Shown here in pieces: positions 40,598 to 53,996 of a stretch of DNA of 64,000 bases. The position numbers and the translations under genes are program-made. The notes below the pieces were generated by a model. The model was not told where the DNA came from. It ran no database searches and saw only the letters and a list, made by a program, of their open reading frames with translations. The DNA comes from the human T2T-CHM13v2.0 reference genome, Homo sapiens. Numbering within the stretch: the stretch's first letter is position 1; each line of letters opens with the position of its first letter. The stretch lies in assembly GCF_009914755.1 (NCBI RefSeq), contig NC_060947.1; one strand, 5' to 3'.

Positions 40598-41510
40598 TGT
40601 TCAGCCAAGACAGCCTAAAGTACTCCAGGTGTTTCAAAACAGAGGAAACTGAATACAAAGAACAGGTTTCAAATGTGTTGGATGGGCAGTAGGAAGAGAT
40701 GTATAGTGGCAATCATGACACTCCATCCAGAACCACCTTCAAGGAAGAACCTGCTGTCTCAGCTGCTGGGAGTGCTGTGGGCAAGCAGCCTCCAGCTGTC
40801 AGCCTCTTCAGGACCTGCCTCAGCTGCAGACAATACCTTGTGCAAGGCCACACCCTCCTGGAGTGCCATTTTGGCCCACTGCTGGATTACTGATGGGCCC
40901 TATACACTCCGGATATCTCTGTGGGAGTCTCCAAAGTTTTACCAGAACTGCATCACAGTTTGACTCTCCATCTGCCCAATTCTGCTTTCTCCAACTCCTT
41001 ACCACATTTGATAATTCTTAATAAATATCCTGCATGCCAGACTTTATCTTGGTGTCAGCTTCCAGAGAACCCAACCTATGACATGAGGTAACCCAGAGAT
41101 TAGTAACTAACTGCAGGAAGTCACAGACAACTCTATACTGGAACAACAGAGTTCGGGGCCTGGAGTCCAGGTCCTGCTCACCACTGATGTGGCTGGAACA
41201 TTTGACATGGCTAGAACAGAACCATTACTGAAACTCCAGAGGCCCCTCTGACTCACCAAAGTCACTGGAGCCTGGAGCCACCCACTGCTGACAAAGATGC
41301 CACCAGACATAGAAAAAAGAAAAATGTCTTTTTATCTCCCTCTCACTTTCCCAGTACCCATCACTTCTTCCCATTAGAATAAACTGACTGGAAGCCAACT
41401 GACAAATAAACCTGGATAACTGTTTTTGTAGGTTTCCAATCCTGAGTGAAACAGAGCAGGGCATGAAGGGCAAGAGTGGAACTGAGAGAGAAGAGGAAAA
41501 TGACTGGCAA
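40598..41510 (-). mobile_element. Ancient LTR (LTR78/79-like) split by an LTR16
   Basis: CTCCAGGTGTTTCAAAACAGAGG before the insert; TGAGGTAACCCAGAGATTAG...GACTGGAAGCCAACTGACAA after it. Confidence 0.5.
40700..41083 (+). mobile_element. LTR16A-type ERVL solo LTR
   Basis: CAGCTGCTGGGAGTGCTG...CTGCATCACAGTTTGACT...AATAAATATCCTGCATGC...GAACCCAACCTATGACA. Confidence 0.75.
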
Positions 41511-41519
41511 TATACCCCA

Positions 41520-41765
41520 GCCTTAAGTCCCCACCTTATGGCAGAAGAACCGAGGGGAAGGGGGAAGGATGAGCATTCAGATGAGACCCCAGGCCTGGCT
41601 GACACCTTGATAGCAGCCTCATGAAGGACTGAAGCAAAGGATCGAGCTAAGCCACACCCAGATTCCTGCCCCCCTACCCCTAGACACGGTGTGATAATAA
41701 ATGTGTGTTGCCTGAAGCTGCTAAGTTTGTGGTAATTTGTTGCACAGCAATAGATGAGTAATACA
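41520..41765 (+). mobile_element. MLT1E/F-type LTR, 3' part
   Basis: CAGATGAGACCCCAGGCCTGGCTGACACCTTGAT...GTAATTTGTTGCACAGCAATAGATGAGTAATACA. Confidence 0.75.
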
Positions 41766-42012
41766 GTGAGTGATTAACAAAGTGGGATGAGGGAAGCCCA
41801 GGAAAGCATTTTAGAGAAAACGGGAGACAAAGAATAATGTTTCTATAGGTAGCAAAAGAAGAAAGAATATCTGAGCAGAGAGAACAACAATTGCTTAGGA
41901 ATATGAAAATGCATAGTGTATTCCAAAATTTACAAACAGTTTGGTGTTGCTAGACTTCAAAATGTTGGGGTACGTGGCAAGAAATTAAGCCAAGAAGTCA
42001 TGAAAGCAAGAC

Positions 42013-42371
42013 CAGTGGTTCTCAAATTTGGCTATTCATTAGAATGTATCAGGGAGCTTTATACATAAGGATGCCTGGCCCCGACCCCAAGAGATTTTAC
42101 TGTAATAAGCGTGAAGTGCTGTGTTGACATAGGGATTTTGAAAAACTCTCCAGGTGGCAATGGAAGGAGTGGCATGAAACGGGTGAGGTACTTGCCTCAG
42201 GTACAAAATTTAAGGGGACACCAAAAGAAACAACTCAGTAGTCAAGATAAGTAACGTTTCAATACAATATTTAAAAAATCAAAATTAATGCAAAAACTCT
42301 GTGATAAACAAAATAAAGTTTTAAAATAAAGATAAAATACTCGGGTGGTTCCAATGTACAGAGAACTACTG
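42013..42371. mobile_element. MER5A-type hAT-Charlie MITE containing a second DNA-transposon fragment at 42158-42340
   Basis: TIRs CAGTGGTTCTC...GAGAACTACTG followed by TTCTAGAC target; insert flanked by CCAGGTGG / TCGGGTGG. Confidence 0.7.
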
Positions 42372-42656
42372 TTCTAGACCTTGAGGGAAATTGTGTACTG
42401 TCCAGTAAATCTAGGGATTTGTACTGGGCCAGGTTTGGGCATTAAGGAGCAGGAAGACGTGGTCAAATTTATGTTTTTTGAAAGTTCCTTTGGCTGCTGA
42501 GCAGTAAGTAGGTGGGGAATGGAGGATAGGTGTGGTAGGATTCCAAGAACAGAAAGAAACAGACTAGCTGGAAAGATACTGCATAAATCCTACTGGAAAG
42601 CGATTCAGAATGATCCAAAATCAATCACAGCAAGGTTAGAGGAGAAGAGGGATGAG

Positions 42657-42870
42657 TCAGTGGCTGCGCCAGTGCTGGCTGCACCAGCTTGCAAAAATGG
42701 ATTATATACCTCTCTTTCTCAGCTTCATGTTCAATGATGTCATATTGTTAGCTAAAAATTAGCTATGTTGAAGGTATTTACACCACAGAAATTGGCAAAC
42801 ACTGCAAATCAGAAGGTAGTTTTATTTTTTGGCTGAGAAGCATGTTTATGAACATGACTAACTCATATGG
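42657..42870 (+). mobile_element. MER63A-type hAT element
   Basis: GTTCAATGATGTCATATTG...GTATTTACACCACAGAAATTGGCAAACACTGCAAATCAG. Confidence 0.7.
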
Positions 42871-43284
42871 ATTAGACATGGAGGGAGAGAGGGACTGAAA
42901 TGACCTGTAAGATGACCGTCTGCTGCCACTAACTAAATTATGAACTTAGGAGGGGATTGGCTCCAAGTTAATATCAGTTGCAAACAGCAGTGTGCAAGGA
43001 GATATCTGAAATCACCATTAGTCTTACAAGCTCAGCAGCTGGAAGGAAGATTTCTAGGATGCCATTTATTATAGTGCAAAGCAGCTCTGAGGAGCCACAA
43101 GCCCTAAAAGATTTAGGGTATGACTAGAGAACATTGAGAGACAAGTTGATTAGGAAAGAATTGGTCTGTGATCTTTAGGAGTCTATGTCTAGGAAAAAAT
43201 TATGAGAATCACTAGTAATGGAGCTGGTGTTCACTCAGGCACCATGGAAGCAATTAACATTAGATGGTCAACTGGAAATTAAGC

Positions 43285-43500
43285 TGGGAGTGTTGATTCT
43301 AGGGTCTGGTCTGCCAATAATTTGTTGGCTAACCTAAGACAATGTGTTAAACCTCTTAGTGCCTCATTTTCTTTATCTATAAGATAGTCTTACTTTCCCA
43401 TATTAAGGTGTGATGTTGAAGACAAATGAGATAATATATGTTAAGAATCCCATAAAAATTTAAAGGAACTCTTCAAATGCAATATATAATCACACAATTG
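43285..43500 (+). mobile_element. MIR SINE fragment
   Basis: AACCTCTTAGTGCCTCATTTTCTTTATCTATAA...GAAGACAAATGAGATAATATATG. Confidence 0.65.
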
Positions 43501-44160
43501 TAAAAATTATAATTATGTTAATAGTATTATGCTAATTATCCAATAATTTTCAAAGACCTGAATGGACCACTGTGGTGTCACTATAGCCAGGCTTCTACCT
43601 TTAGACAGATTTGGAAAGCTGGTTAACTTTAAATTCTATGAGTGTCAACTAACTAAAGTTTTGGTTTATTTTTCACTTCAGACTTCATTCCTTTGGAATT
43701 TAAGAAATTACTGCTCTGCCTTTAAAGGGGAAATTTATTTGGTCTCATGATAAGAAATTTCAGCTTAGCTTGCCTATTTGTGTTTGAGTTCAAAGTTTCT
43801 CTAGATACATTATCATTTAAACTGGAGGGAAACAATCTTCCTTAACTAGAGCACAGGGCCATGACCTTCCCTACATGATGGGCAGCTAATCCACTTAGAA
43901 CCAGTGACTCGCTTTGTATAATTTATAAGACCCCATGAAAAGACAGGCCTCCATAGATTAATATTTCAGCTGTCTTCCCTTTCATTTCATCCTCTGGATG
44001 TGGCAGCAACAATCACATGAATCATTCCTGAACTGAGTCCATATCAAACATCCAGAGCTTCATCTGCATTCGCTGAAGGTCCAGCTCATTCAAGGGAAGT
44101 TCCTACAGGATTTCAAATACATGGGTAATTTGCCTTTGACACCTCTTACCCCAACCTGGC

Positions 44161-44778
44161 TGTGCTAGTGTTTTAAAATGTAGCTTTAAATTCTTTGAAA
44201 GGCTTTAAATTCTTTGAAAGGCTTTAAATTTTTATTTAGAGGTGGGGGGTTCTGGTTCATGTCCTCTTCAATCTGAACAGACTTGTGATTGCTTTGACCA
44301 AGAGTATGGTGGAAGTGTGCTATGTATGTGACTTCTGAAGCTAGGTCATCAAATGCCATGCAGATTCCTCTGTCTCTTGAAATGCTTGTTCCCTGGACAC
44401 TCCCTCAGGACACTCCCTTTCAGAACCCTGCTGTCATGCTAAGAGAAGCCCAAGCCACCAGGAAAGGTCATATGTAGGTATTCTGGTCACCAAAGCCAGC
44501 AGAACCCGGCCTTAAATCGTCACATCCCAGGCACCAAGCATGTAAGTGAAGAAGCCTCCAGATGATTCCAGTCCCAAGCCATAGATTCACCCAGCCCCTT
44601 AAGTCCCTCTGCCTGAGGCACACTATGGAACAGAAACATTGTAGAGCAAAGACAAGTCATCCTTGCTGTGCACTGTCTAAAATTCTAACCCACAGAATTC
44701 ATGAGCATAAGAAAATGGTTGTTGTTTATGCCACTAAGTTTGGAATGGTTTGTTATGCAGCAATAGATAATTAGAACA
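44161..44778 (+). mobile_element. MLT1G-type solo LTR with perfect 5-bp TSD
   Basis: TG...CA termini; CTGGC at 44156-44160 and 44779-44783. Confidence 0.88.
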
Positions 44779-45151
44779 CTGGCTGGCTAAGCTAAAGTTT
44801 CTTTTTCTTTCTTGGGTTATGAGAAATTACTGGCCTAGTCAAAAAGGATATATTTCTTCAAAACAAGAAGACTGTTCTGTACCTCTGGCTGAAGTATTAA
44901 GCCTTCTGAATGAGAACTCTAGATTTTTTGTCCCTATGTGTTGACTTCCTGATGGAAAGACTAGTTCTTGGTGTTGAATTTCCTTTCTCTGTCCCATCTT
45001 TACAGATTTTTGATGATTTATTAATTCATTTATTTATCAAATAAATATTTATCAAACCACTACTATGCAGTGGGTGTACTTCTAGATGTTCAGGATGTGA
45101 TGGTGAGCACAACATGCAGGGTCTCCGTCTTTCTGGACATGGAGTCCAGTG

Positions 45152-45642
45152 CAGAAGTCTTACTATTGTTCATGCCACAAACTCTTTTGACATCTGGTGA
45201 GGTCTATGGACCCTTTCTCAGAAACATGTTTTTAAATCTATAAAATGCCTAAGCTCATGAAGGAAACTACTGATGTTGCAGTAGTTACCAAAATATTTTT
45301 TAAAAATTGTGATATAATAATATATGTGTTTCTTTATGAATGTATTAAATAACAAGATCTAGTGGTGAGCCTAAGGAATTTCATGGTAGTGATGAGTAGG
45401 AATAATATGTTGAGATCCTTGCAAAAACTGTATTATGAAAATAGTTGTGATATCTGTTGGTGACAAAGTCACAAGCACAGTCAATGCTATTGTGGTTTGC
45501 TGTCTATATACATAATAGAAGGAAAAGATACATTTTAGTAAGATTTAGTAGAAATAAATATGTAATATGTAATTTTTTTCTTATCCAAATTAATGGATCA
45601 TCTGAATTCTGTGGTCTATAGATCTCAGATTAACAACCCTTG
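45152..45642. mobile_element. Charlie4a-like hAT DNA transposon remnant
   Basis: CTGGTGAGGTCTATGGACCCTTTCTCAGAAACATGTTTTTAAAT...TTGGTGACAAAGTCACA...CAGATTAACAACCCTTG. Confidence 0.65.
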
Positions 45643-45700
45643 GTCTCAGGGTGTGAACAGACTTCAACCAAATAATAAGCTGTGATGCCTGCTATGTGAA

Positions 45701-46170
45701 TGTATTAGTTTCCTAAGACTGCTGTAACAGATTACTACAAACTCAGTGGTTTGAAACAACAGGAATTTATTCTTTTTCATTTCTAGAGTCAACAAATCCA
45801 AAATCAACATCACTGGGCTATGCTCCCTCTGGAGGTTCTAGGAGAAATTTCTTACCTCTTCCTGCTTCTGGGGGTTGCTGGCATTCCTTGGCTTGTGGCT
45901 GTATCATGCCAGTCTTCAAGGCCAGCATCTTCAAATCTCTCTACTCCACTTTCACATGGCTCTCTCTGTGTCTGTATCACAGTTCCCTCTGGCTCTCTTA
46001 TAAGGACACTTGTTATTGCATGTAGAGCCCGCCTGGATAATCCAAGATAACTTCCTCATCTCAAGATCCTTAATTTAATCCTGTCTGCAAAGTCTTCGCC
46101 TTATAAAGTAACAGGTACATGCTCCAGGGAATAGTATATTTTTCGAGGGGCCATCTTTCACCCTCCCACT
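45701..46170 (-). mobile_element. MLT1D-type solo LTR
   Basis: TGTATTAGTTTCCTAAGACTGCTGTAACA...GGATAATCCAAGATAAC...TCAAGATCCTTAATTTAATC; TSD GTGAA / GTGAC. Confidence 0.85.
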
Positions 46171-47811
46171 GTGACCATGAGTCCTGATCCAACCTGGGGG
46201 CTACGATGTGCCAGGAATGGCTTTCCTGAGGAAGAGACTATGGGCTGATAACTGAAGGAAGAGTGAGAGTAACTAGACGAAAAGTGTGGGTGAGGCAGGT
46301 GAGATTGTTTCAGACAGGAGGATGAGTTCATGCAAAAACCCAGAAACTGGAAGTCTATGCTACATTCTGGGTATGGAAGACAGACAGTGTGTTTGGGGCC
46401 CAGTGTGTTTGTGGAAGGTGGTGGGGGCAGAGTAAATAGAGATGCCCAGGAGAGGCCAATGGGGAACACATCCTGAAATGCTTAATAGGATTTACTTCTT
46501 TCCTTCATAGCAGTGAGAAGACAGTGGATGATATTATATGCACAGAGCTGGGGTTTTGAAAGATCATTCTGGTTTAAGTGAGGAAATCAGATTACGCAGT
46601 GGAGGGTTGCAAGAACTAGTGGTTGGGGGAACCAGTTAGAAGGTATGGCAGGGTCCCATCCAGAGACGACAGACACTTGGTCTAGGGAATAAGTTTATGG
46701 AGGTGGGAGAGGATTTGAGAGCAGTTTAAATCAATGAACATTTTAGAAAATCCAGCAATTTATGACACAGTATAGATTTGATTAACTGTAGAAAAACATG
46801 GACAGAGTAAGTTGCCAATGTGTGTAAGTATGGGTTTTAATTTACAAACCTGGGTGCAGGAAGCGATTTGTACCTTAATTTTACTATATTTAACTTAATC
46901 TGCTCTGAGCCAGTGGAAAATTCAATCTCAGTGACTACTGATAATTCTTCATGCCCCTTTCTCAAGACTGTGTGAAAGGTTTGAGCAGTTTATACAATCC
47001 AGACACTTGAAGAAGGATCCTGAGGGTGTGTGGGGGTGTTAAATGCTCAGTGATATATACATATTCCTTGTTGAGGCCCACATGGGCTCTTCAAGGCTAT
47101 TATGGATTTTAGGGACAAGCTGGACCAGTCTTTTGCCCAGGCTCTGAACACCATGGCTCTTAGGGTTTAGTAACCCATTTCCATACAGTTGCAAAGTAAT
47201 CTATGACAAAATGAACAGTTCTGAGGTTCTTTTGGGTAGGTAAATGTAGCCATCAGAAATATTGCGATGGGGAAGCATTAGCTACTCTTGCTATAACCTG
47301 CCAAGAGAATGCAGCTCTTAGAACAAATTTCATCATTTATCTGGACATTTATTAATTGTTTAAAGGAAAGTAACAGTTCATACAACCTTAGGAAGACGTT
47401 AGTCTCTGTTCTTTCAGGTGCTCCAACCATCACCATCTTGCTTGAAAGGTTCATTTGAGGGCGATCTCAAAACTCTAGAGGCAGGATTCATGAATCATGC
47501 AATTGCACCTCTCCTATTTAAGGCCATATATAAAATCATTTAGAGCTACAGTCTAGAGCTGCCAGTGAATATGGGCTACAGGCCTTACTAGCTTCTTATA
47601 GCCTGTTCCTGTCTCAATTTGAGCTCTCCCATAAGCTAGAGTTTAAATGCAAGTAGTTCATTTAGGAGAAAAAACCACCAGTAAGAGAGTGTATAATTAA
47701 GCCCTTGGAAGAAAGGCCAAAAGGAATGTTGTCAAGCTAGTTGCCATTATAGGTAACTAGAGATTAAATCTGTAGGGAAAATGCTGAGGGCCAGGGTAGA
47801 GCACATGCCTC

Positions 47812-48227
47812 TGTGTTAGTCTGTTCTTGCATTGCTGTAAAGAAATACTTGAGACTGGGTAATTTATAAAGAAAAGAGGTTTAATTGGCTCATTGTTCTG
47901 CAGGCAGTACAGGAAGCATAGCAGCTTCTGTTTCTGGGGAGGCCTCAGGAAGCTTCCAATCATGGCAGAAGGCAAAGGGAGAGTGAGGCATCTTACATGG
48001 CAGGAGCAGGAGAGAGAGTGAAAAGGAAGGTATCACACACTTTTGAGCAACCAGATCTTGTGAGAACTCACTCACTATCACAAGAACAGCACCAAAGGGA
48101 TGATGCTAAACCATTCATGAGAAAGCACCCCTATGATCCAGTCATCTCCCACCAGGCCGAACCTCCAACAGTGGGGATTACAATTTGACATGAGATTTGG
48201 GTGGGCACACGGATCCAAACCATATCA
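47812..48227 (-). mobile_element. MSTA solo LTR with perfect 5-bp TSD
   Basis: TGTGTTAGTCTGTTCTTGCATTGCTG...CCAAACCATATCA; GCCTC at 47807-47811 and 48228-48232. Confidence 0.92.
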
Positions 48228-48248
48228 GCCTCCAAGTAATTCCATCTG

Positions 48249-48578
48249 AGTCCCCATAATTCCCATGTGTCATGGGAGGGACCTGGTGGTAGGTAATTGA
48301 ATCATGGGGGCAGTTACACCGATGCTGCTGTCCTCATGATAGTGTGTGCGTTCTCACAAGATCTGGTGGTTTTATAAGGGGCTTTTCCTTCTTTGGCTTG
48401 GCACTACTTGCTGCAGCCATGTGAAGAAGGATGTGTTTGCTTCCCCTTCTGCCATAATTGTAAGTTTCCTGAGGCCTCCCCAGGCATGAAAAACTGTGAG
48501 TCAATTAAACCTCTTTCCTTTATAAATTACCCAGTCTTGGGTATGTCTTTATTAGCAGCATGAGAACGGACTAATACA
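48249..48578 (+). mobile_element. THE1D-type solo LTR lacking its first ~45 bp
   Basis: CCCATAATTCCCATGTGTCATGGGAGGGACC...TCAATTAAACCTCTTTCC...GAACGGACTAATACA; no TGATATGGTTTGG 5' terminus. Confidence 0.9.
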
Positions 48579-50824
48579 GAGGGATAAGGGAGCTGGGGTA
48601 TTTATGTACCAACCCTGGGTCATTGAAGAAGTTCATTTGAGAACTACTCAAAAGGAATCAATTTCCTGGCAATTTTGGTGAGTCACACAGGCAGAAAAGT
48701 GAGAAGAGAAAGCCCACAGGCTAGGTAGCTGCTGGCATTTGGCAGTGGGCCAGTTTCCCCAAAGTCTGAGGGTGAGGGAACATAGGTGGCATGCCAAGAG
48801 CATCTGCTACAGATAGCCCACTGCTGGCATTCCTTCTGCTACATAACAAGTCGCTAGTTTTGCCAATGAAAGCCCATTCTGATATTTACTATATATGAAT
48901 TAGGAAAGCCTCAGGTGTTGATTGGAACACCATTGAAGGCATGCTTGCAGAAACTACCTCTGTAAGTTAGCCTTTCTGGTCTAATATCAGCAGAGCACTC
49001 CTGGAGTGGGAAGTCTCTAATAGGCAACTGATGGCCCCTAAAGCTGAAGCTTAAACTATCACATACATAAAATCACATGGTCTATGCTAAAATCATTTAA
49101 AGTGAATTACACACATCATCATACTTGCCATCCCAGAGCCCTTTTGTCATAGGACTTGATCCTACTCAGTCACTGTGCGAGGAAATAAGGCTCAGATTCC
49201 CCCAACATACCAGCAGCACCTGTAGGAACCTGGTCCCTTTCTTTAAAGAGTCTCAAGCAATCTTTACCTCTCTTCCATTTCTCTTTCTCTTAAAATCCTT
49301 GAACTCCAAGTATTCCTTATGTCCAACCCTGTTGCCCCCCGCAGGCACCCCCCCGCCCCACTCCTCACATAGATGCATCCTTTGAATAATTCCTTTCACT
49401 GGCTTTAGGTTTCTGTAAAGCCACAGGCTGGAATTGCATTTCCTATCCTGTGTCTTAATGGCAGGGATTGTAGTTTTCCACAATTCCACACAAAGCCCCT
49501 GAGGCAAAGGAGTGCCTGGTTTGTCTTCCTGTGAGAGGATGAGGAGAAGGAAAAATACCTACAGTAGCAAGATCGAACTGAAAATTAATATCTTAATAAA
49601 TTATTCTGCCACATTTGTGTAAAACTTCCATTCTGTGCTTTCATTTAAAAAGCAAGGTAATTTTAAAACACATAACATAGATTGATGCAACCACAGCATA
49701 TTTACCATCTATTGGATATCTCCTATGTTTTCGGGTCTATGGCAAGATCAGTGTATATATTATGTCATCAAATTCTCGTGTATCTTACGTGAAACATGAT
49801 TATCCCCTTTTTATAGATAACGAAACTGATTTTCATAGGGATTCTTTAAAAACTCATTTTTTATTATTACAAAAGAAGTTCGCTAACAAGAAAATTAAAA
49901 AGTCCTCCCCCAAAATAGAAATCATTATTATCCTCTATCCATACATGACAATTTATACCATTTTGATTATATCATGCCCATATTTTTTTCAATGTCTATT
50001 TGCACATATATTTTGAAAAACAAAATTGGGTTCTTTCAGTAGCAATCTTTTTTATTTATCCTCTGAGAATGCTGAAGGACGATTTTCTGACATGGGTTTT
50101 CTTGAGCTGGAAACTAAATCTTCACCAGGGCAATCCAAAAGCATGCAAGCTTCAAATCATTCATGGTGTGAAGAGATGTATGCTGAAAAGGGGAGTGGGA
50201 GCAGCTTAATTGTGCAATTTTTGTGGGTTCTTTGTAAAACTCTTGGGCTGCAGCTTACAAAAAACCTTTGCCTGGTTTGCTAAATAGCTCTGCTTACTTG
50301 GCCCAGGATCTTCCATCTGATTGAGCATCCCCAATTTGGATTGTATTACTTTAAAATTTGAGGCCATTCTCATTGGCCATCTGGGACCATAACAAAAATC
50401 CACGCATTTTATTCTTTCACTTTTCTACTTTGTCAAATACAGACTAGTTTGAGAACTCTAATTAAGTAGAAACGTAACATTTTTAGAGTGGCTCTCAAAG
50501 GGTAAAAGGAAAGAAAAGAGAAACCCTTTGGAGTCTTCTCACCAAGCTCCCCCACAAGCCCACAATTGTCTCAGGTTTGAGTCCCAGCTGAGTGAGCACA
50601 TTCCCTGACTGGAGCAAAGACAGGGCTTGGCGTCTTCCCAGCCCTTTTTATTGTGATGTCAGGCTGAGACCAGCCACTGTTGGAGAGGGAGGAATGGGGA
50701 GGACTAGGAAAGCCATGCAACGGGGGGTGGGTGGCCTCCCCCCTGGCAACCAGGCTCTCTGTGGCGCAGCTCCTTTCAGGGGCACTCACAGCCATCCTCC
50801 TCTGCTTGTTCCCTTGCTATGGAC

Positions 50825-50975
50825 CACAACCCAGGCTGTGAATCCTGTTAGGGTAGGGACTGTGTCTGGCCAGCTCCTAGCAGTGTTCAAAGTATGCTTA
50901 TTGAATGAATGAATGAATGAATATTCAAAGTATGCTTATTGAATGAATGAATGAGTAAATGAATGAATGAATGAT
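50825..50975 (+). mobile_element. L2 3' end with duplicated (TGAA)n tail
   Basis: AGGGTAGGGACTGTGTCT...TTCAAAGTATGCTTATTGAATGAATGAATG twice. Confidence 0.65.
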
Positions 50976-51149
50976 GATCTGATTTCCATAACACTAAGGC
51001 ATTTCCCAGAGGCAACAAGTCCCTTAACCTTCAGTGAGCCAAATGCACACTGGCTTTATTTCACAATATCTACTCCTATGGAAACAGGAGTCCCAGTGCT
51101 AGATTTAAACAAACAGCTTTCCACAAAGCCAGACTTAACTAACCAGGGC

Positions 51150-52022
51150 CAGAAACCCCTGTGATGCTTGACTTCTCTTTTTCATTCCCCCGTGTCCAAT
51201 TTGCCACTGCAGCCTTAGAAGAGGGGTTCATATCTGGCCCCTGCTTACTTATCAACCTCACTTAGCAACTTTAGCCAAGACCCTCATCCAGGCTCTCCCA
51301 TCACAGTGAGATCTAACCAATTTCGGAGCAAAATACTTCCATCAAATGAAATTTTATACAAAAGTCTAAGGTGTAAAACTGATGAAAATTGTTGCTGTGG
51401 ATAAAGGTAAAGGTGCCCTAGTACATCTTCCCACCCTAAACCTACTGTCATGTGGAATCTTGGACTCTAGGGATGCACCTTGAAACCAATAGACCCAGTC
51501 TTCTACCTACCTGGTTTCCCTACCTCAGCTTGCTAAAATGAGCATCTAATCACTCCAGGTTCCTGCTTAAAATCTTGTAGTGCTTCTGTAAATCCCTAGC
51601 TGGCATGCAAAGTCCTTCTTAACCTGGCCTCTGCCTGCATTTTCAGACCTATCTCTTGTGAAGTTACCCAGTGCTCCATGTTTTCCAATTTATTTAAACT
51701 TCTCAGTTTTCTCTGAACACCCCAAGACTTCTCACAACCACCTACCTTTGCATATGACATTTCCTCACCTGAGGAGTTCTTCACTTCCATTTTTGTGGTT
51801 TAAATTTGACAGATTCTTCAGGGTCTGCCCCAAGGGCTGTTTCCCCCACTTATCCTTTCCTAGGGACTATTTATGTTTCTTTTCTTTCCTATCAGATTAT
51901 GGTTTTCTTGGGGATAGGGACTGTGTGTCATTCAACTCTGTACTCAGAGTGCCTAGCACAGTGCTTGGTACAAGAGCAAATGATCAATAAAAGTTGGTTG
52001 AATAAATTAATGGATTAACAAA
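51150..52022 (+). mobile_element. L2 fragment reaching the 3' end; probable small hAT insert at about 51300-51490
   Basis: CCTGCTTAAAATCTT...GGGACTGTGTGTCATTCAACTCTGTAC...GCCTAGCACAGTGCTTGG...CAATAAAAGTTGGTTGAATAAAT. Confidence 0.65.
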
Positions 52023-52534
52023 TGCAAGAATAGATTATTGTGGTCTGAAGCCATCAAAAATGGATTCCCAGAGAAGGTGAGACTCAAGCTGGATTCTGAA
52101 ACACAGGAAGATTTGGTATAAATGGAAAATCGTTGCAGGGTTTTAATCCACTGCTGACTTTGGCTGGAGGAAATCAGGATTATTACTCTGACTGGCCTTC
52201 CTCAAGGAAACCTTGAGAGGAACTGAGATAGGATAAATGCCCCAAGGTATTTATTTACCTAGGTGAACCACCTAGGTAAAAGGCATTTCCAGAGTGAACC
52301 TCATCCCCTCTAAACCATAGTCACTGTGCTAGTTATTATCTCTCTTTTTCCCACCAATCCAACACCCACTCATCCATTTTATACTCTTCTAACCCCTGGG
52401 GACAGCATCTCCTAGCTCCCTTGGTAGCTGATTGCTGATTACATTCTGATCATGGGAAGCATTGGCAGGAGATCTGAAGAGTCTCTCCCTGAATCCATGT
52501 TTTTGGTAGGGACTGTGCCATTCAACTACAGCTC

Positions 52535-53355
<821 letters not shown>

Positions 53356-53996
53356 AACTCCTACTGGGTCATTCCTTTTCTGTGGCCCTTCCTTCATGGC
53401 TCCAGCTCCTATTGAGTTCAAGTAACTCTGATTCTTCCCTTGTTCATGTCTCCTGCTTCCCAAGGTTGCTAGTCTCTGGGTGTCTCAACATTCCATTGGT
53501 TCCTATAAACCCTTCCCACAGCTCTGTGAGTTTGCCTTTGGTTAAAGTCTCCAGAACCGTTTGATCTGGATTCTGTTTCTTGCTAGGGTTGTATCTGGCT
53601 AGCCACCTCTAAGAAACGTGGCAAAATGGTTTCTCTGGCACCAATCAGAGCTCTCTCTGTGCTGAAGGGCCATGCACTGTTGTCAGAACACCTTTTCAGT
53701 GGAGTCTGACTTTCCCAGAGGCAAGATGCCTGCCAGTGTCCACAAAGAAGTCTGTCAGAATTTGAAGGCATTAAGATAGCCCCTCCAGCAGTGTAACTTG
53801 GAAGTAAATCCCACTCTTTTTTCAGAGTAGAGATTTTGAACCTTGGTGGTCCCTGAATGAGAGCTTAGGAATGAGAGCTCCATGAAACACCCGAAATTTT
53901 GAATTTTGTGTGCAATTTTGTGCATATGTACATTCTCAAGGGAGCTCTACTCAGCTGCCTGGATTTCCTTCACTGCTGCAGAGGTAGCTGACCAGG

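Larger units (their letters stand above)
45020..46730 (-). mobile_element. L2 3' region split by Charlie4-like and MLT1D insertions
   Basis: TTCATTTATTTATCAAATAAATATTTATC...TACTATG tail; resumes GGCTTTCCTGAGGAAGAGAC...TTTTGAAAGATCATTCTGG. Confidence 0.65.
47608..48812 (-). mobile_element. LTR33-type host LTR split by MSTA and THE1D
   Basis: TGCAAGTAGTTCATTTAGGAG before; GGGAGCTGGGGTATTTAT...GCATCTGCTACA after. Confidence 0.6.
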
